Assembly: GCF_050920415.1 (NCBI RefSeq)
Contig: NZ_CP169309.1
Origin: Escherichia coli
Lineage (GTDB): Bacteria > Pseudomonadota > Gammaproteobacteria > Enterobacterales > Enterobacteriaceae
Strand: one strand, 5' to 3'
Length of the DNA stretch: 64,000 nt
Positions within the stretch are counted from its first letter, which is position 1; each line of letters starts with the position of its first letter. Positions 1 to 13,371 of this stretch are shown piece by piece. The position numbers and the translations under genes are program-made. Below the pieces are notes generated by a model. That model searched no databases and was not told the origin of the DNA. It worked only from the letters and a program-made list of their open reading frames with translations.

Positions 1-440
1 ATGACAGCTGGTTTGCCCGTCTGGCGGCGTTGACCGGGCTGGTCGGGCGCGTTTCGGCAATGATCGGCGTATTGATGGTGGCGGCAGTGTTCCTCGTCAT
101 CGGTAACAGTGTGCGTCTGAGCATCTTTGCTCGCCGTGACTCCATTAACGTACAGAAACTGATTGGTGCGACAGATGGTTTCATCCTGCGCCCATTCCTG
201 TACGGTGGCGCATTGCTGGGATTTTCTGGCGCATTGCTGTCATTAATTTTGTCGGAAATTCTGGTCCTGCGTTTGTCTTCGGCGGTTGCGGAAGTGGCAC
301 AGGTTTTCGGAACGAGGTTTGATATCAATGGCTTATCTTTTGATGAATGCCTGCTATTGCTGCTGGTATGCTCGATGATTGGCTGGGTGGCAGCCTGGCT
401 TGCCACGGTACAACATTTACGCCACTTTACGCCTGAATAA
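1..440 (+). CDS. ftsX: Cell-division ABC transporter permease FtsX, C-terminal part (5' end lies outside the window)
   Basis: ORF 30..440 is open to the window start; translation ends ...[12 protein letters not shown], recognised as the FtsX C-terminus; rpoH follows as in E. coli. Confidence 0.85.
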   Translation, partial: DSWFARLAALTGLVGRVSAMIGVLMVAAVFLVIGNSVRLSIFARRDSINVQKLIGATDGFILRPFLYGGALLGFSGALLSLILSEILVLRLSSAVAEVAQVFGTRFDINGLSFDECLLLLLVCSMIGWVAAWLATVQHLRHFTPE

Positions 441-684
441 TAAAAGCGTGTTATACTCTTTCCCTGCAATGGGTTCCGTAGCAGGGAAAGAGACCCCGTT
501 GTCTCTTCCCGGTATTTCATCTCTATGTCACATTTTGTGCGTAATTTATTCACAGCGTTGCATTGAACTTGTGGATAAAATCACGGTCTGATAAAACAGT
601 GAATGATAACCTCGTTGCTCTTAAGCTCTGGCACAGTTGTTGCTACCACTGAAGCGCCAGAAGATATCGATTGAGAGGATTTGA

Positions 685-1539
685 ATGACTGACAAAATGC
701 AAAGTTTAGCTTTAGCCCCTGTTGGCAACCTGGATTCCTACATCCGGGCAGCTAACGCGTGGCCGATGTTGTCGGCTGACGAGGAGCGGGCGCTGGCTGA
801 AAAGCTGCATTACCATGGCGATCTGGAAGCAGCAAAAACGCTGATCCTGTCTCACCTGCGGTTTGTTGTTCATATTGCTCGTAATTATGCGGGCTATGGC
901 CTGCCACAGGCGGATTTGATTCAGGAAGGTAACATCGGCCTGATGAAAGCAGTGCGCCGTTTTAACCCGGAAGTGGGTGTGCGCCTGGTCTCCTTCGCCG
1001 TTCACTGGATCAAAGCAGAGATCCACGAATACGTTCTGCGCAACTGGCGTATCGTCAAAGTTGCGACCACCAAAGCGCAGCGCAAACTGTTCTTCAACCT
1101 GCGTAAAACCAAGCAGCGTCTGGGCTGGTTTAATCAGGATGAAGTCGAAATGGTGGCCCGTGAACTGGGCGTAACCAGCAAAGACGTACGTGAGATGGAA
1201 TCGCGTATGGCGGCACAGGACATGACCTTTGACCTGTCTTCCGACGACGATTCCGACAGCCAGCCGATGGCTCCGGTGCTCTATCTGCAGGATAAATCGT
1301 CCAACTTTGCCGACGGCATTGAAGATGATAACTGGGAAGAGCAGGCGGCAAACCGTCTGACCGACGCGATGCAGGGTCTGGATGAGCGTAGCCAGGACAT
1401 TATCCGCGCACGCTGGTTGGACGAAGACAACAAGTCCACGTTGCAGGAACTGGCTGACCGTTACGGTGTTTCCGCTGAGCGTGTGCGCCAGCTGGAAAAG
1501 AACGCGATGAAAAAACTTCGCGCTGCTATTGAAGCGTAA
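685..1539 (+). CDS. rpoH: RNA polymerase sigma-32 (heat-shock sigma factor)
   Basis: 284-aa ORF starting [29 protein letters not shown], recognised as full-length RpoH. Confidence 0.97.
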   Translation: MTDKMQSLALAPVGNLDSYIRAANAWPMLSADEERALAEKLHYHGDLEAAKTLILSHLRFVVHIARNYAGYGLPQADLIQEGNIGLMKAVRRFNPEVGVRLVSFAVHWIKAEIHEYVLRNWRIVKVATTKAQRKLFFNLRKTKQRLGWFNQDEVEMVARELGVTSKDVREMESRMAAQDMTFDLSSDDDSDSQPMAPVLYLQDKSSNFADGIEDDNWEEQAANRLTDAMQGLDERSQDIIRARWLDEDNKSTLQELADRYGVSAERVRQLEKNAMKKLRAAIEA

Positions 1540-1550
1540 TTACCGCTGTT

Positions 1551-1590
1551 AAGCAGAGAACCCTGGATGAGAGTCCGGGGTTTTTGTTTT
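1551..1590 (+). terminator. Rho-independent terminator after rpoH
   Basis: GC-rich hairpin (ccctggatgagagtccgggg) followed by tttttgtttttt immediately 3' of the rpoH stop. Confidence 0.6.
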
Positions 1591-1810
1591 TTGGACCTCT
1601 ACAATAATCAATTACCCCCTCCGACAAAACGCCAATCCCCACGCAGATTGTTAATAAACTGTCAAAATAGCTATTCCAATATCATAAAAATCGGGTATGT
1701 TTTAGCAGAGTATGCTGCTAAAGCACGGGTAGTCATGCATAAAACGAAATAAAGTGCTGAACAACAACATCACAACACACGTAATAACCAGATGAATGGG
1801 GATTCTCAGG

Positions 1811-2914
1811 ATGAATATAAAGGGTAAAGCGTTACTGGCAGGATGTATCGCGCTGGCATTCAGCAATATGGCTCTGGCAGAAGATATTAAAGTCGCGGTC
1901 GTGGGCGCAATGTCAGGTCCGGTGGCCCAGTACGGTGACCAGGAGTTTACTGGCGCAGAGCAGGCGGTTGCGGATATCAATGCTAAAGGTGGTATCAAAG
2001 GCAATAAACTGCAAATCGTAAAATATGACGATGCCTGTGACCCGAAACAGGCGGTCGCGGTGGCGAACAAAGTCGTTAACGACGGCATTAAATATGTGAT
2101 TGGTCACCTCTGCTCTTCATCAACGCAGCCAGCGTCTGACATCTACGAAGACGAAGGCATTTTAATGATCACCCCAGCAGCAACCGCACCAGAGCTGACC
2201 GCCCGTGGCTATCAGCTGATCCTGCGCACCACCGGCCTGGACTCCGACCAGGGACCGACGGCGGCGAAATATATTCTTGAGAAAGTGAAACCGCAACGCA
2301 TTGCTATCGTTCACGACAAACAGCAGTACGGCGAAGGTCTGGCGCGTGCAGTGCAGGACGGCCTGAAGAAAGGCAATGCTAACGTGGTGTTCTTTGACGG
2401 CATCACCGCCGGGGAAAAAGATTTCTCAACGCTGGTGGCGCGTCTGAAAAAAGAGAATATCGACTTCGTTTACTACGGCGGTTATCACCCGGAAATGGGG
2501 CAGATCCTGCGTCAGGCACGCGCGGCAGGGCTGAAAACTCAGTTTATGGGGCCAGAAGGCGTGGCTAACGTCTCGCTGTCTAACATTGCGGGCGAGTCAG
2601 CTGAAGGGTTGCTGGTAACCAAGCCGAAGAACTACGATCAGGTTCCGGCGAACAAACCAATTGTTGACGCGATCAAAGCGAAAAAACAGGACCCAAGCGG
2701 CGCGTTCGTCTGGACCACCTACGCCGCGCTGCAATCTTTGCAGGCGGGCCTGAATCAGTCTGACGATCCGGCTGAAATCGCCAAATACCTGAAAGCGAAC
2801 TCCGTGGATACCGTGATGGGGCCGCTGACCTGGGATGAGAAAGGCGATCTGAAAGGCTTTGAGTTCGGCGTATTTGACTGGCACGCCAACGGCACGGCGA
2901 CCGATGCGAAGTAA
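1811..2914 (+). CDS. livJ: Leu/Ile/Val periplasmic binding protein
   Basis: ORF 1796..2914; the internal Met at 1811 gives [23 protein letters not shown], a signal peptide followed by a LivJ-type binding domain. Confidence 0.93.
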   Translation: MNIKGKALLAGCIALAFSNMALAEDIKVAVVGAMSGPVAQYGDQEFTGAEQAVADINAKGGIKGNKLQIVKYDDACDPKQAVAVANKVVNDGIKYVIGHLCSSSTQPASDIYEDEGILMITPAATAPELTARGYQLILRTTGLDSDQGPTAAKYILEKVKPQRIAIVHDKQQYGEGLARAVQDGLKKGNANVVFFDGITAGEKDFSTLVARLKKENIDFVYYGGYHPEMGQILRQARAAGLKTQFMGPEGVANVSLSNIAGESAEGLLVTKPKNYDQVPANKPIVDAIKAKKQDPSGAFVWTTYAALQSLQAGLNQSDDPAEIAKYLKANSVDTVMGPLTWDEKGDLKGFEFGVFDWHANGTATDAK

Positions 2915-2974
2915 TCATTAATCGGCAACTTTGGGTTGCCGCCAAATTGCTAATATCGAGTACGCATGCTTCAT

Positions 2975-3073
<99 letters not shown>

Positions 3074-3114
3074 AATTTCTCGTTGGTCATCACTTTTGAA
3101 ATCAAACTTGACGA

Positions 3115-3498
3115 TTAACGCTTCTCCCAGCCGCCCTGTTGTGCCGTAAACCCCAGCGCCTGCATAAACGCCGTCATCACGCCGCGATCTTCCACGCCTG
3201 CATCCGCCATCCACCAGCCTGAAACGCCAGGATTGTTACGCAAAACCTCTTCCAGCAGATATTGCCCCACACCGCGACGTCGGGTGACTTCCCGCACGCG
3301 CAGGGAATCCAGTGCCCCCTCGGTGCCGTTTAAGGTTACCCGCACGGCCGCGAGCAGGCGCTCGTTAAAACGCGCGGCGTAGATGCGGTGGTTATCGTCA
3401 ACCTGTAAAGAGGAAGGGGAGTACTCCGGCCAGATCTTTTGCAGATCAATCCGGTCCTGGTCGCTAAAGTGTTCTAAACGAATGATGGTCAGCTTCAT
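3115..3498 (-). CDS. panM: PanD maturation factor (GNAT-like), PanM/PanZ
   Basis: 127-aa ORF starting MKLTIIRLEHFSDQDRIDLQKIWPEYSP, recognised as YhhK/PanM; sits between livJ and livK as in E. coli. Confidence 0.88.
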   Translation of the reverse strand: MKLTIIRLEHFSDQDRIDLQKIWPEYSPSSLQVDDNHRIYAARFNERLLAAVRVTLNGTEGALDSLRVREVTRRRGVGQYLLEEVLRNNPGVSGWWMADAGVEDRGVMTAFMQALGFTAQQGGWEKR

Positions 3499-3921
3499 GG
3501 GAAACCCGTGTAAATCACAAAAGTGGAACCAGTGTAGCGAAATAATTTAATCGGAGGCTTTCTCTTTTTTATTTCTTTTGGCAGGTGATTAATTTTTTAA
3601 CAGCAATAATTACAAATTAAAAACATTAGAGAATGAAAAATGTCCAGCATAATCCCCTGAATGGTAGTGAATTATTCCGCCCTTTGTACCGTTATTTTAT
3701 GCTGACAACGGCGCTTTTTTCTGTTTATCTATCAATAAATTCAGAATATTATCTGTTCTTAATCGACTGAAAAATAGGGATTTTAATCGCTATTATCACA
3801 AAACACTGCGCTAAACCCTTAATCAGACAGGCAAAAACAGTGCAGTATAAAAAAAGTACAGTCTGATTTGTTAACACATAAAAACAAAGCAACACAACAT
3901 CACGAATGGGGATTTTTGACT

Positions 3922-5031
3922 ATGAAACGGAATGCGAAAACTATCATCGCAGGGATGATTGCACTGACAATTTCACACACCGCTATGGCCGACGATATTA
4001 AAGTTGCCGTTGTCGGCGCGATGTCCGGTCCGATTGCCCAGTGGGGCGATATGGAATTTAACGGCGCGCGTCAGGCGATTAAAGACATTAATGCCAAAGG
4101 GGGAATTAAAGGCGATAAGCTGGTGGGCGTGGAATATGACGACGCCTGCGACCCGAAACAAGCCGTTGCGGTCGCCAACAAAATCGTTAACGACGGCATT
4201 AAATACGTTATTGGTCATCTGTGTTCCTCCTCTACTCAGCCTGCTTCAGATATCTACGAAGACGAAGGTATTTTGATGATCTCGCCGGGGGCGACCAACC
4301 CGGAGCTGACCCAACGCGGTTATCAACACATCATGCGGACTGCCGGGCTGGACTCTTCCCAGGGGCCAACAGCGGCAAAATACATTCTTGAGACGGTGAA
4401 GCCCCAGCGCATCGCCATCATTCACGACAAACAACAGTATGGCGAAGGGCTGGCGCGTTCGGTGCAGGACGGATTGAAAGCAGCCAATGCCAACGTCGTC
4501 TTCTTCGACGGTATTACCGCTGGTGAGAAAGATTTCTCCGCGCTGATCGCCCGCCTGAAAAAAGAAAACATCGACTTCGTTTACTACGGCGGTTACTACC
4601 CGGAAATGGGGCAGATGCTGCGCCAGGCCCGTTCCGTTGGCCTGAAAACTCAGTTTATGGGGCCGGAAGGGGTGGGTAATGCGTCGCTGTCGAACATTGC
4701 CGGTGATGCCGCCGAAGGTATGTTGGTCACTATGCCAAAACGCTATGACCAGGACCCGGCAAACAAAGGCATCGTTGATGCGCTGAAAGCAGACAAAAAA
4801 GATCCGTCCGGACCTTATGTCTGGATCACCTACGCGGCGGTGCAATCTCTGGCGACTGCCCTTGAGCGTACCGGCAGCGATGAGCCGCTGGCGCTGGTGA
4901 AAGATTTAAAAGCTAACGGTGCAAACACCGTGATTGGGCCGCTGAACTGGGATGAAAAAGGCGATCTTAAGGGATTTGATTTTGGTGTCTTCCAGTGGCA
5001 CGCCGACGGTTCATCGACGGCAGCCAAGTGA
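3922..5031 (+). CDS. livK: Leucine-specific periplasmic binding protein
   Basis: ORF 3868..5031; internal start [23 protein letters not shown]; paralog of livJ and first gene of the livKHMGF operon. Confidence 0.93.
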   Translation: MKRNAKTIIAGMIALTISHTAMADDIKVAVVGAMSGPIAQWGDMEFNGARQAIKDINAKGGIKGDKLVGVEYDDACDPKQAVAVANKIVNDGIKYVIGHLCSSSTQPASDIYEDEGILMISPGATNPELTQRGYQHIMRTAGLDSSQGPTAAKYILETVKPQRIAIIHDKQQYGEGLARSVQDGLKAANANVVFFDGITAGEKDFSALIARLKKENIDFVYYGGYYPEMGQMLRQARSVGLKTQFMGPEGVGNASLSNIAGDAAEGMLVTMPKRYDQDPANKGIVDALKADKKDPSGPYVWITYAAVQSLATALERTGSDEPLALVKDLKANGANTVIGPLNWDEKGDLKGFDFGVFQWHADGSSTAAK

Positions 5032-5078
5032 TCATCCCACCGCCCGTGAAATGCGGGCGGTTTTAGAAAGGTTACCTT

Positions 5079-6005
5079 ATGTCTGAGCAGTTTTTGTATT
5101 TCTTGCAGCAGATGTTTAACGGCGTCACGCTGGGCAGTACCTACGCGCTGATAGCCATCGGCTACACCATGGTTTACGGCATTATCGGCATGATCAACTT
5201 CGCCCATGGCGAGGTTTATATGATCGGCAGCTACGTCTCTTTTATGATCATCGCCGCACTGATGATGCTGGGCATTGATACCGGCTGGCTGCTGGTGGCG
5301 GCGGGATTCGTCGGCGCAATCGTCATTGCCAGCGCCTATGGCTGGAGTATCGAACGTGTGGCTTACCGCCCGGTGCGTAACTCTAAGCGCCTGATTGCGC
5401 TCATCTCGGCAATCGGCATGTCTATCTTCCTGCAAAACTACGTCAGCCTGACTGAAGGTTCGCGCGACGTGGCGCTACCCAGCCTGTTTAACGGTCAGTG
5501 GGTTGTGGGCCATAGTGAAAACTTCTCTGCCTCTATTACCACCATGCAGGCGGTGATCTGGATTGTTACCTTCCTCGCCATGTTGGCGCTGACAATTTTC
5601 ATCCGCTATTCCCGCATGGGGCGCGCCTGTCGTGCTTGCGCGGAAGACCTGAAAATGGCGAGCCTGCTTGGCATCAACACTGACCGGGTGATTGCGCTGA
5701 CCTTTGTGATTGGCGCGGCGATGGCGGCGGTGGCAGGTGTGCTGCTCGGTCAGTTCTATGGCGTAATTAACCCCTACATCGGCTTTATGGCCGGGATGAA
5801 AGCCTTTACTGCTGCGGTACTCGGTGGGATTGGCAGTATTCCGGGAGCGATGATTGGCGGCCTGATCCTGGGGATTGCGGAAGCGCTCTCTTCTGCCTAT
5901 CTGAGTACGGAATATAAGGATGTGGTTTCATTTGCCCTGCTGATTCTGGTGCTGCTGGTGATGCCGACCGGTATTCTGGGTCGCCCGGAGGTAGAGAAAG
6001 TATGA
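5079..6005 (+). CDS. livH: Branched-chain amino acid ABC transporter permease
   Basis: 308-aa multi-TM ORF, recognised as LivH; its stop overlaps the livM start (ATGA). Confidence 0.95.
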   Translation: MSEQFLYFLQQMFNGVTLGSTYALIAIGYTMVYGIIGMINFAHGEVYMIGSYVSFMIIAALMMLGIDTGWLLVAAGFVGAIVIASAYGWSIERVAYRPVRNSKRLIALISAIGMSIFLQNYVSLTEGSRDVALPSLFNGQWVVGHSENFSASITTMQAVIWIVTFLAMLALTIFIRYSRMGRACRACAEDLKMASLLGINTDRVIALTFVIGAAMAAVAGVLLGQFYGVINPYIGFMAGMKAFTAAVLGGIGSIPGAMIGGLILGIAEALSSAYLSTEYKDVVSFALLILVLLVMPTGILGRPEVEKV

Positions 6006-7279
6006 AACCGATGCATATTGCAATGGCGCTGCTCTCTGCCGCCATGTTCTTTGTTCTCGCGGGCGTCTTTATGGGAGTGCAACTGGAGCTGGACGGCACC
6101 AAACTGGTGGTCGATACGGCTTCAGACATCCGATGGCAGTGGGTGTTTATTGGCACTGCGGTGGTCTTTTTCTTCCAGCTTGTGCGACCTGCGTTTCAGA
6201 AAGGGCTAAAAAGCGTTTCCGGGCCGAAGTTTATTCTGCCCGCGATTGATGGCTCCACGGTGAAGCAGAAACTGTTCCTCGTGGCCCTGCTGGTGCTTGC
6301 GGTGGCGTGGCCGTTTATGGTGTCGCGTGGGACGGTGGATATCGCCACCCTGACCATGATCTACATTATCCTCGGCCTCGGGCTGAACGTGGTGGTGGGG
6401 CTGTCTGGCTTACTGGTACTGGGTTACGGTGGTTTTTACGCCATCGGCGCTTACACCTTTGCCTTGCTCAATCACTATTACGGTCTTGGCTTCTGGACCT
6501 GTTTGCCGATTGCCGGGTTGATGGCGGCGGCGGCGGGATTCCTGCTCGGCTTCCCGGTGTTGCGTTTACGTGGCGACTATCTGGCGATCGTTACTCTCGG
6601 TTTCGGCGAAATTGTGCGCATATTGCTGCTCAATAACACGGAAATCACCGGCGGTCCGAACGGAATCAGTCAGATCCCGAAACCGACTCTCTTCGGACTC
6701 GAGTTCAGTCGCACCGCCCGCGAAGGCGGCTGGGATACGTTCAGCAATTTCTTTGGCCTGAAATACGACCCGTCCGATCGCGTCATCTTCCTCTACCTGG
6801 TGGCGTTACTGTTGGTGGTGTTAAGCCTGTTTGTCATTAACCGCTTACTGCGAATGCCGCTGGGCCGCGCGTGGGAAGCGTTGCGTGAAGATGAAATCGC
6901 CTGTCGTTCGCTGGGCTTAAGTCCGCGTCGTATCAAGCTGACCGCCTTTACCATCAGCGCCGCGTTTGCGGGTTTTGCCGGAACGCTGTTCGCGGCACGT
7001 CAGGGATTTGTCAGCCCGGAATCCTTCACCTTTGCCGAATCGGCGTTTGTGCTGGCGATAGTGGTGCTCGGTGGTATGGGCTCGCAATTTGCGGTGATTC
7101 TGGCTGCAATTTTGCTGGTGGTGTCGCGAGAGTTGATGCGTGATTTCAACGAATACAGCATGTTAATGCTCGGTGGTTTGATGGTGCTGATGATGATCTG
7201 GCGTCCGCAGGGCTTGCTGCCCATGACGCGCCCGCAACTCAAGCTGAAAAACGGCGCAGCGAAAGGAGAGCAGGCATGA
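6002..7279 (+). CDS. livM: Branched-chain amino acid ABC transporter permease
   Basis: 425-aa multi-TM ORF, recognised as LivM; translationally coupled to livH and livG. Confidence 0.95.
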   Translation: MKPMHIAMALLSAAMFFVLAGVFMGVQLELDGTKLVVDTASDIRWQWVFIGTAVVFFFQLVRPAFQKGLKSVSGPKFILPAIDGSTVKQKLFLVALLVLAVAWPFMVSRGTVDIATLTMIYIILGLGLNVVVGLSGLLVLGYGGFYAIGAYTFALLNHYYGLGFWTCLPIAGLMAAAAGFLLGFPVLRLRGDYLAIVTLGFGEIVRILLLNNTEITGGPNGISQIPKPTLFGLEFSRTAREGGWDTFSNFFGLKYDPSDRVIFLYLVALLLVVLSLFVINRLLRMPLGRAWEALREDEIACRSLGLSPRRIKLTAFTISAAFAGFAGTLFAARQGFVSPESFTFAESAFVLAIVVLGGMGSQFAVILAAILLVVSRELMRDFNEYSMLMLGGLMVLMMIWRPQGLLPMTRPQLKLKNGAAKGEQA

Positions 7280-8043
7280 GTCAGCCATTATTATCTGTTA
7301 ACGGCCTGATGATGCGCTTCGGCGGCCTGCTGGCGGTGAATAACGTCAATCTTGAACTGTACCCGCAGGAGATCGTCTCGTTAATCGGCCCTAACGGTGC
7401 CGGAAAAACCACGGTTTTTAACTGCCTGACCGGTTTCTACAAACCCACCGGCGGCACTATTTTACTGCGCGATCAGCATCTGGAAGGTTTGCCCGGCCAG
7501 CAAATCGCCCGCATGGGCGTGGTGCGCACCTTCCAGCATGTGCGTCTGTTCCGTGAAATGACGGTGATTGAAAACTTGCTGGTGGCGCAGCATCAGCAAC
7601 TGAAAACCGGGCTGTTCTCCGGCCTGTTGAAAACGCCTTCTTTCCGCCGCGCCCAGAGCGAAGCCCTCGACCGTGCCGCAACCTGGCTTGAGCGCATTGG
7701 TTTGCTCGAACACGCTAACCGTCAGGCGAGTAACCTGGCCTACGGTGACCAGCGCCGTCTGGAGATCGCCCGCTGCATGGTAACGCAGCCGGAGATTTTA
7801 ATGCTCGACGAACCAGCGGCAGGTCTTAACCCGAAAGAAACCAAAGAGCTGGATGAGCTGATTGCCGAACTGCGTAACCATCACAACACCACTATTTTGT
7901 TGATTGAACACGATATGAAACTGGTGATGGGGATTTCAGACAGAATTTACGTGGTCAATCAGGGGACGCCACTGGCAAACGGTACGCCTGAGCAAATCCG
8001 TAATAACCCGGACGTGATCCGTGCCTATTTAGGTGAGGCATAA
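7276..8043 (+). CDS. livG: Branched-chain amino acid ABC transporter ATPase
   Basis: 255 aa; Walker [10 protein letters not shown] and ABC signature; recognised as LivG. Confidence 0.95.
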   Translation: MSQPLLSVNGLMMRFGGLLAVNNVNLELYPQEIVSLIGPNGAGKTTVFNCLTGFYKPTGGTILLRDQHLEGLPGQQIARMGVVRTFQHVRLFREMTVIENLLVAQHQQLKTGLFSGLLKTPSFRRAQSEALDRAATWLERIGLLEHANRQASNLAYGDQRRLEIARCMVTQPEILMLDEPAAGLNPKETKELDELIAELRNHHNTTILLIEHDMKLVMGISDRIYVVNQGTPLANGTPEQIRNNPDVIRAYLGEA

Positions 8044-8044
8044 G

Positions 8045-8758
8045 ATGGAAAAAGTCATGTTGTCCTTTGACAAAGTCAGTGCCCACTACGGCAAAATCCA
8101 GGCGCTGCATGAGGTGAGCCTGCATATCAATCAGGGCGAAATTGTCACGCTGATTGGCGCGAACGGGGCGGGGAAAACCACCTTGCTCGGCACGTTATGT
8201 GGCGACCCGCGCGCCACCAGCGGGCGAATTGTGTTTGATGATAAAGACATTACCGACTGGCAGACGGCGAAAATCATGCGCGAAGCGGTGGCGATTGTCC
8301 CGGAAGGACGTCGCGTCTTCTCACGCATGACGGTGGAAGAGAATCTGGCGATGGGCGGCTTTTTTGCTGAACGCGACCAGTTCCAGGAGCGCATAAAGTG
8401 GGTCTATGAACTGTTTCCACGTCTGCATGAGCGCCGTGTTCAGCGGGCGGGCACCATGTCCGGCGGTGAGCAGCAGATGCTGGCGATTGGTCGCGCGCTG
8501 ATGAGCAACCCGCGTTTATTGTTGCTTGATGAGCCATCGCTCGGTCTTGCGCCGATTATCATCCAGCAAATTTTCGACACCATCGAGCAACTGCGCGAGC
8601 AGGGGATGACTATCTTCCTCGTCGAGCAGAACGCCAACCAGGCGCTAAAGCTGGCAGATCGCGGCTATGTGCTGGAAAACGGTCATGTCGTGCTTTCCGA
8701 TACCGGCGACGCGCTACTGGCGAATGAAGCGGTGAGAAGTGCGTATTTAGGCGGGTAA
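8045..8758 (+). CDS. livF: Branched-chain amino acid ABC transporter ATPase
   Basis: Internal start MEKVMLSFDKVSAHYG within ORF 8033..8758; Walker A GANGAGKTT; 237 aa. Confidence 0.93.
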   Translation: MEKVMLSFDKVSAHYGKIQALHEVSLHINQGEIVTLIGANGAGKTTLLGTLCGDPRATSGRIVFDDKDITDWQTAKIMREAVAIVPEGRRVFSRMTVEENLAMGGFFAERDQFQERIKWVYELFPRLHERRVQRAGTMSGGEQQMLAIGRALMSNPRLLLLDEPSLGLAPIIIQQIFDTIEQLREQGMTIFLVEQNANQALKLADRGYVLENGHVVLSDTGDALLANEAVRSAYLGG

Positions 8759-8774
8759 TAACACGTTGATTGAT

Positions 8775-8797
8775 AAGGAGTCAAAAGACTCCTTTGA
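8775..8797 (+). terminator. Rho-independent terminator after livF
   Basis: Hairpin ggagtcaaaagactcc followed by ttt directly after the livF stop. Confidence 0.55.
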
Positions 8798-8819
8798 GAC
8801 AGGTTACAAATGTAAAATT

Positions 8820-8919
<100 letters not shown>

Positions 8920-9017
8920 TGAAACGATGAGCAATCTGTAGAGTTTGATTCAGACCTTCTATTTTTCCCGCTTATCCGTGCCCCATCTCCCAATTTCCCT
9001 CACCTACGCCGTCACTG

Positions 9018-9100
9018 CCTTGTCATCTTTCTGACACCTTACTATCTTACAAATGTAACAAAAAAGTTATTTTTCTGTAATTCGAGCATGTCATGTTACC
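9018..9100 (+). promoter_or_regulatory. ugpB promoter region with Pho-box-like repeats (PhoB-dependent)
   Basis: ttgtcatctttctgacac and further tgtaa/tgtca repeats upstream of ugpB; ugp is a known Pho-regulon operon. Confidence 0.5.
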
Positions 9101-9155
9101 CCGCGAGCATAAAACGCGTGAATTCGCGCATTCGGTACAACAAGAGAGATAAACG

Positions 9156-10472
9156 ATGAAACCGTTACATTATACAGCTTCAGCACTGGCGCTCGGACTG
9201 GCGTTAATGGGGAATGCACAGGCAGTGACGACCATTCCGTTCTGGCATTCTATGGAAGGGGAACTGGGTAAAGAGGTGGATTCTCTGGCCCAACGTTTTA
9301 ACGCCGAAAACCCGGATTACAAAATTGTACCGACCTATAAAGGCAACTACGAACAGAATTTAAGTGCGGGGATTGCCGCATTTCGTACCGGCAACGCGCC
9401 TGCTATTTTGCAGGTTTATGAAGTTGGCACCGCCACCATGATGGCGTCGAAAGCCATTAAACCGGTGTATGACGTGTTTAAAGAGGCGGGGATTCAATTC
9501 GATGAGTCGCAGTTTGTGCCGACGGTTTCAGGTTACTACTCCGACAGCAAAACCGGTCACTTACTCTCCCAGCCGTTCAACAGCTCGACTCCCGTTCTCT
9601 ATTACAACAAAGACGCCTTCAAGAAAGCGGGGTTAGACCCGGAACAGCCGCCGAAAACCTGGCAGGATCTGGCAGACTATGCCGCGAAACTGAAAGCCTC
9701 TGGTATGAAGTGCGGCTACGCCAGCGGCTGGCAGGGCTGGATCCAACTGGAAAACTTTAGCGCCTGGAACGGTCTGCCGTTTGCCAGCAAAAACAACGGC
9801 TTTGACGGCACGGACGCGGTGCTTGAGTTCAACAAGCCGGAGCAGGTGAAACACATCGCCATGCTCGAAGAGATGAACAAGAAGGGCGATTTCAGTTACG
9901 TAGGGCGTAAGGATGAATCTACCGAGAAGTTCTATAACGGTGATTGCGCGATGACGACCGCCTCTTCGGGTTCTCTTGCCAACATTCGCGAGTACGCCAA
10001 ATTCAACTACGGCGTAGGCATGATGCCATACGACGCCGACGCGAAAGATGCGCCACAAAACGCCATTATCGGCGGAGCCAGCCTGTGGGTGATGCAGGGC
10101 AAAGATAAAGAAACTTACACCGGCGTGGCGAAGTTCCTCGACTTCCTCGCGAAGCCAGAAAACGCTGCCGAGTGGCATCAGAAAACCGGTTATCTGCCAA
10201 TCACCAAAGCGGCGTATGACCTGACCCGTGAGCAGGGCTTTTACGAGAAAAACCCAGGGGCGGATACCGCGACGCGTCAGATGCTGAACAAGCCGCCGTT
10301 GCCGTTCACCAAAGGGCTGCGTCTGGGCAATATGCCGCAGATCCGCGTGATTGTGGATGAAGAGCTGGAAAGCGTGTGGACCGGTAAGAAGACGCCACAG
10401 CAGGCGCTGGATACCGCTGTTGAGCGTGGGAACCAGTTACTGCGCCGCTTTGAGAAATCTACGAAGTCTTAA
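9156..10472 (+). CDS. ugpB: sn-glycerol-3-phosphate ABC transporter periplasmic binding protein
   Basis: 438-aa ORF with signal peptide [23 protein letters not shown]; recognised as UgpB. Confidence 0.95.
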   Translation: MKPLHYTASALALGLALMGNAQAVTTIPFWHSMEGELGKEVDSLAQRFNAENPDYKIVPTYKGNYEQNLSAGIAAFRTGNAPAILQVYEVGTATMMASKAIKPVYDVFKEAGIQFDESQFVPTVSGYYSDSKTGHLLSQPFNSSTPVLYYNKDAFKKAGLDPEQPPKTWQDLADYAAKLKASGMKCGYASGWQGWIQLENFSAWNGLPFASKNNGFDGTDAVLEFNKPEQVKHIAMLEEMNKKGDFSYVGRKDESTEKFYNGDCAMTTASSGSLANIREYAKFNYGVGMMPYDADAKDAPQNAIIGGASLWVMQGKDKETYTGVAKFLDFLAKPENAAEWHQKTGYLPITKAAYDLTREQGFYEKNPGADTATRQMLNKPPLPFTKGLRLGNMPQIRVIVDEELESVWTGKKTPQQALDTAVERGNQLLRRFEKSTKS

Positions 10473-10518
10473 CCAGTGAAATGTCGGATGCGTTTCGCTT
10501 ATCTGACCTGGCATCGCG

Positions 10519-10548
10519 TGTAGGCCGGATAAGCGAAGCGCATCCGGC
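10519..10548. repeat. REP element
   Basis: gtaggccggataagcgaagcgcatccggca between ugpB and ugpA. Confidence 0.7.
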
Positions 10549-10569
10549 ACAGTTCAGGAATTAACCGTA

Positions 10570-11457
10570 ATGTCATCATCCCGTCCGGTGTTCCGCTCGC
10601 GCTGGCTGCCTTATTTGCTGGTCGCGCCGCAGCTTATCATCACCGTTATCTTTTTTATCTGGCCTGCGGGCGAAGCGTTGTGGTACTCGCTACAAAGCGT
10701 CGATCCGTTTGGCTTTTCCAGCCAGTTTGTCGGCCTGGATAACTTCGTCACGCTGTTTCATGACAGCTACTATCTCGACTCCTTCTGGACGACGATAAAA
10801 TTCAGCACCTTTGTCACGGTCAGCGGTTTGCTGGTGTCGCTGTTCTTCGCGGCGCTGGTGGAGTATATCGTGCGCGGCAGCCGTTTCTATCAAACCTTAA
10901 TGCTGCTGCCGTATGCCGTGGCTCCCGCCGTTGCCGCCGTATTGTGGATCTTCCTGTTTAACCCTGGTCGCGGGCTGATCACTCATTTTCTCGCTGAGTT
11001 CGGCTACGACTGGAACCATGCGCAAAACAGCGGTCAGGCAATGTTCCTGGTGGTGTTTGCCTCAGTATGGAAGCAAATCAGCTACAACTTTCTGTTCTTC
11101 TATGCCGCGCTGCAATCCATTCCCCGTTCGTTGATTGAAGCCGCAGCCATCGACGGTGCAGGCCCGATTCGCCGCTTCTTTAAGATTGCGCTGCCGCTTA
11201 TCGCCCCGGTGAGCTTCTTCCTGCTGGTGGTGAACCTGGTGTACGCCTTCTTCGATACCTTCCCGGTGATCGACGCCGCCACGTCCGGCGGGCCAGTACA
11301 GGCCACCACGACGCTGATTTATAAGATCTACCGCGAAGGCTTTACCGGACTGGATTTGGCTTCATCTGCCGCGCAGTCGGTGGTGTTGATGTTCCTCGTC
11401 ATCGTGCTGACGGTGGTGCAGTTCCGCTATGTTGAAAGCAAGGTGCGTTACCAATGA
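10570..11457 (+). CDS. ugpA: sn-glycerol-3-phosphate ABC transporter permease
   Basis: 295-aa multi-TM ORF, recognised as UgpA. Confidence 0.95.
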
Positions 11458-12299
11458 TTGAGAACCGTCCGTGGCTGACAATATTCAGCCATACCATGCT
11501 GATCCTCGGGATCGCGGTGATCCTCTTCCCGCTGTACGTGGCGTTTGTCGCGGCGACGCTGGATAAACAGGCCGTCTACGCCGCGCCGATGACGCTCATC
11601 CCCGGCACGCATCTGCTGGAAAATATCCACAACATCTGGGTGAACGGGGTAGGCACAAATAGCGCGCCGTTCTGGCGGATGTTGCTTAACAGCTTCGTGA
11701 TGGCGTTCAGCATTACGCTCGGCAAAATTACCGTCTCGATGCTCTCGGCATTTGCCATTGTCTGGTTTCGTTTTCCGCTGCGTAACCTCTTCTTCTGGAT
11801 GATTTTTATCACCCTTATGCTGCCGGTTGAAGTGCGTATCTTCCCGACAGTAGAAGTCATCGCCAACCTGAAAATGCTTGACAGCTACGCTGGTTTAACG
11901 CTGCCGCTGATGGCCTCTGCGACCGCTACTTTCTTGTTCCGCCAGTTCTTTATGACGCTGCCGGATGAGCTGGTGGAAGCGGCGCGGATCGACGGTGCAT
12001 CACCAATGCGTTTCTTTTGCGACATCGTTTTTCCGCTGTCGAAAACCAATCTGGCGGCGCTGTTTGTGATCACTTTTATTTACGGCTGGAACCAGTATTT
12101 GTGGCCGTTGTTGATTATTACCGATGTTGATCTCGGCACCACCGTGGCAGGAATCAAAGGGATGATCGCTACAGGCGAAGGCACCACGGAATGGAATTCG
12201 GTGATGGCGGCGATGTTGTTAACGCTTATCCCTCCGGTGGTGATTGTTTTAGTGATGCAGCGTGCCTTCGTGCGCGGCCTGGTCGATAGTGAGAAATAA
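11454..12299 (+). CDS. ugpE: sn-glycerol-3-phosphate ABC transporter permease
   Basis: 281-aa multi-TM ORF overlapping the ugpA stop; recognised as UgpE. Confidence 0.95.
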
Positions 12300-12300
12300 G

Positions 12301-13371
12301 ATGGCAGGACTGAAATTACAGGCAGTAACCAAAAGCTGGGATGGCAAAACCCAGGTCATTAAACCGCTGACCCTTGATGTGGCGGATGGCGAATTTATCG
12401 TGATGGTCGGGCCGTCTGGCTGCGGGAAATCCACGCTGCTGCGCATGGTTGCCGGGCTGGAGCGGGTCACCGAAGGCGATATCTGGATTAACGACCAACG
12501 CGTGACCGAAATGGAGCCGAAAGATCGCGGGATTGCGATGGTGTTCCAGAACTACGCGCTTTATCCGCATATGAGTGTCGAAGAAAACATGGCGTGGGGG
12601 CTGAAAATTCGCGGCATGGGCAAGCAACAAATTGCCGAGCGTGTTAAAGAAGCGGCGCGCATTCTGGAGCTGGACGACCTGCTCAAGCGCCGTCCGCGTG
12701 AGCTTTCTGGCGGTCAGCGTCAGCGTGTAGCGATGGGCCGCGCGATTGTGCGCGATCCGGCGGTGTTCCTGTTTGATGAGCCGCTCTCTAACCTCGATGC
12801 CAAGCTGCGCGTGCAGATGCGCCTTGAGCTGCAACAACTGCACCGTCGCCTGAAAACGACTTCACTCTACGTTACTCACGATCAGGTTGAGGCGATGACG
12901 CTCGCTCAGCGGGTTATGGTGATGAACGGCGGCGTTGCCGAACAGATTGGCACGCCAGTTGAAGTCTACGAAAAGCCCGCCACTCTGTTTGTGGCGAGTT
13001 TTATCGGCAGTCCGGCGATGAACCTGCTGACAGGCCGCGTGAATAACGAAGGCACGCATTTCGAACTGGATGGCGGTATCGCGCTACCGCTAAACGGTGG
13101 CTACCGTCAGTATGCCGGGCGTAAAATGACTCTTGGCATTCGCCCGGAACATATTGCGTTAAGCTCGCAGGCAGAAGGCGGCATACCGCTGGTGATGGAC
13201 ACGCTGGAGATCCTCGGCGCAGATAACCTGGCGCACGGACGCTGGGGCGAACAGAAGCTGGTGGTGCGACTGGCGCATCAGGAGCGCCCGACGACAGGCA
13301 GCACGCTGTGGCTGCATCTGCCGGAAAATCAGCTGCATCTTTTTGATGGTGAAACAGGACAACGAGTATGA
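12301..13371 (+). CDS. ugpC: sn-glycerol-3-phosphate ABC transporter ATPase
   Basis: Internal start [13 protein letters not shown] within ORF 12262..13371; Walker [10 protein letters not shown]; 356 aa. Confidence 0.93.
   Translation: MAGLKLQAVTKSWDGKTQVIKPLTLDVADGEFIVMVGPSGCGKSTLLRMVAGLERVTEGDIWINDQRVTEMEPKDRGIAMVFQNYALYPHMSVEENMAWGLKIRGMGKQQIAERVKEAARILELDDLLKRRPRELSGGQRQRVAMGRAIVRDPAVFLFDEPLSNLDAKLRVQMRLELQQLHRRLKTTSLYVTHDQVEAMTLAQRVMVMNGGVAEQIGTPVEVYEKPATLFVASFIGSPAMNLLTGRVNNEGTHFELDGGIALPLNGGYRQYAGRKMTLGIRPEHIALSSQAEGGIPLVMDTLEILGADNLAHGRWGEQKLVVRLAHQERPTTGSTLWLHLPENQLHLFDGETGQRV

Noticed and set aside
1796-1810. Upstream in-frame extensions of several genes in the ORF track (livJ, livK, ugpC, ggt, asd, glgC, glpD, feoB and others)
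   Set aside because: The longest-ORF starts add non-conserved residues before recognisable native N-termini and signal peptides; the internal start was preferred in each case.
4246-5435. Overlapping 199-aa and 201-aa minus-strand ORFs across livK and livH
   Set aside because: Antisense to confirmed liv genes; compositionally biased translations.
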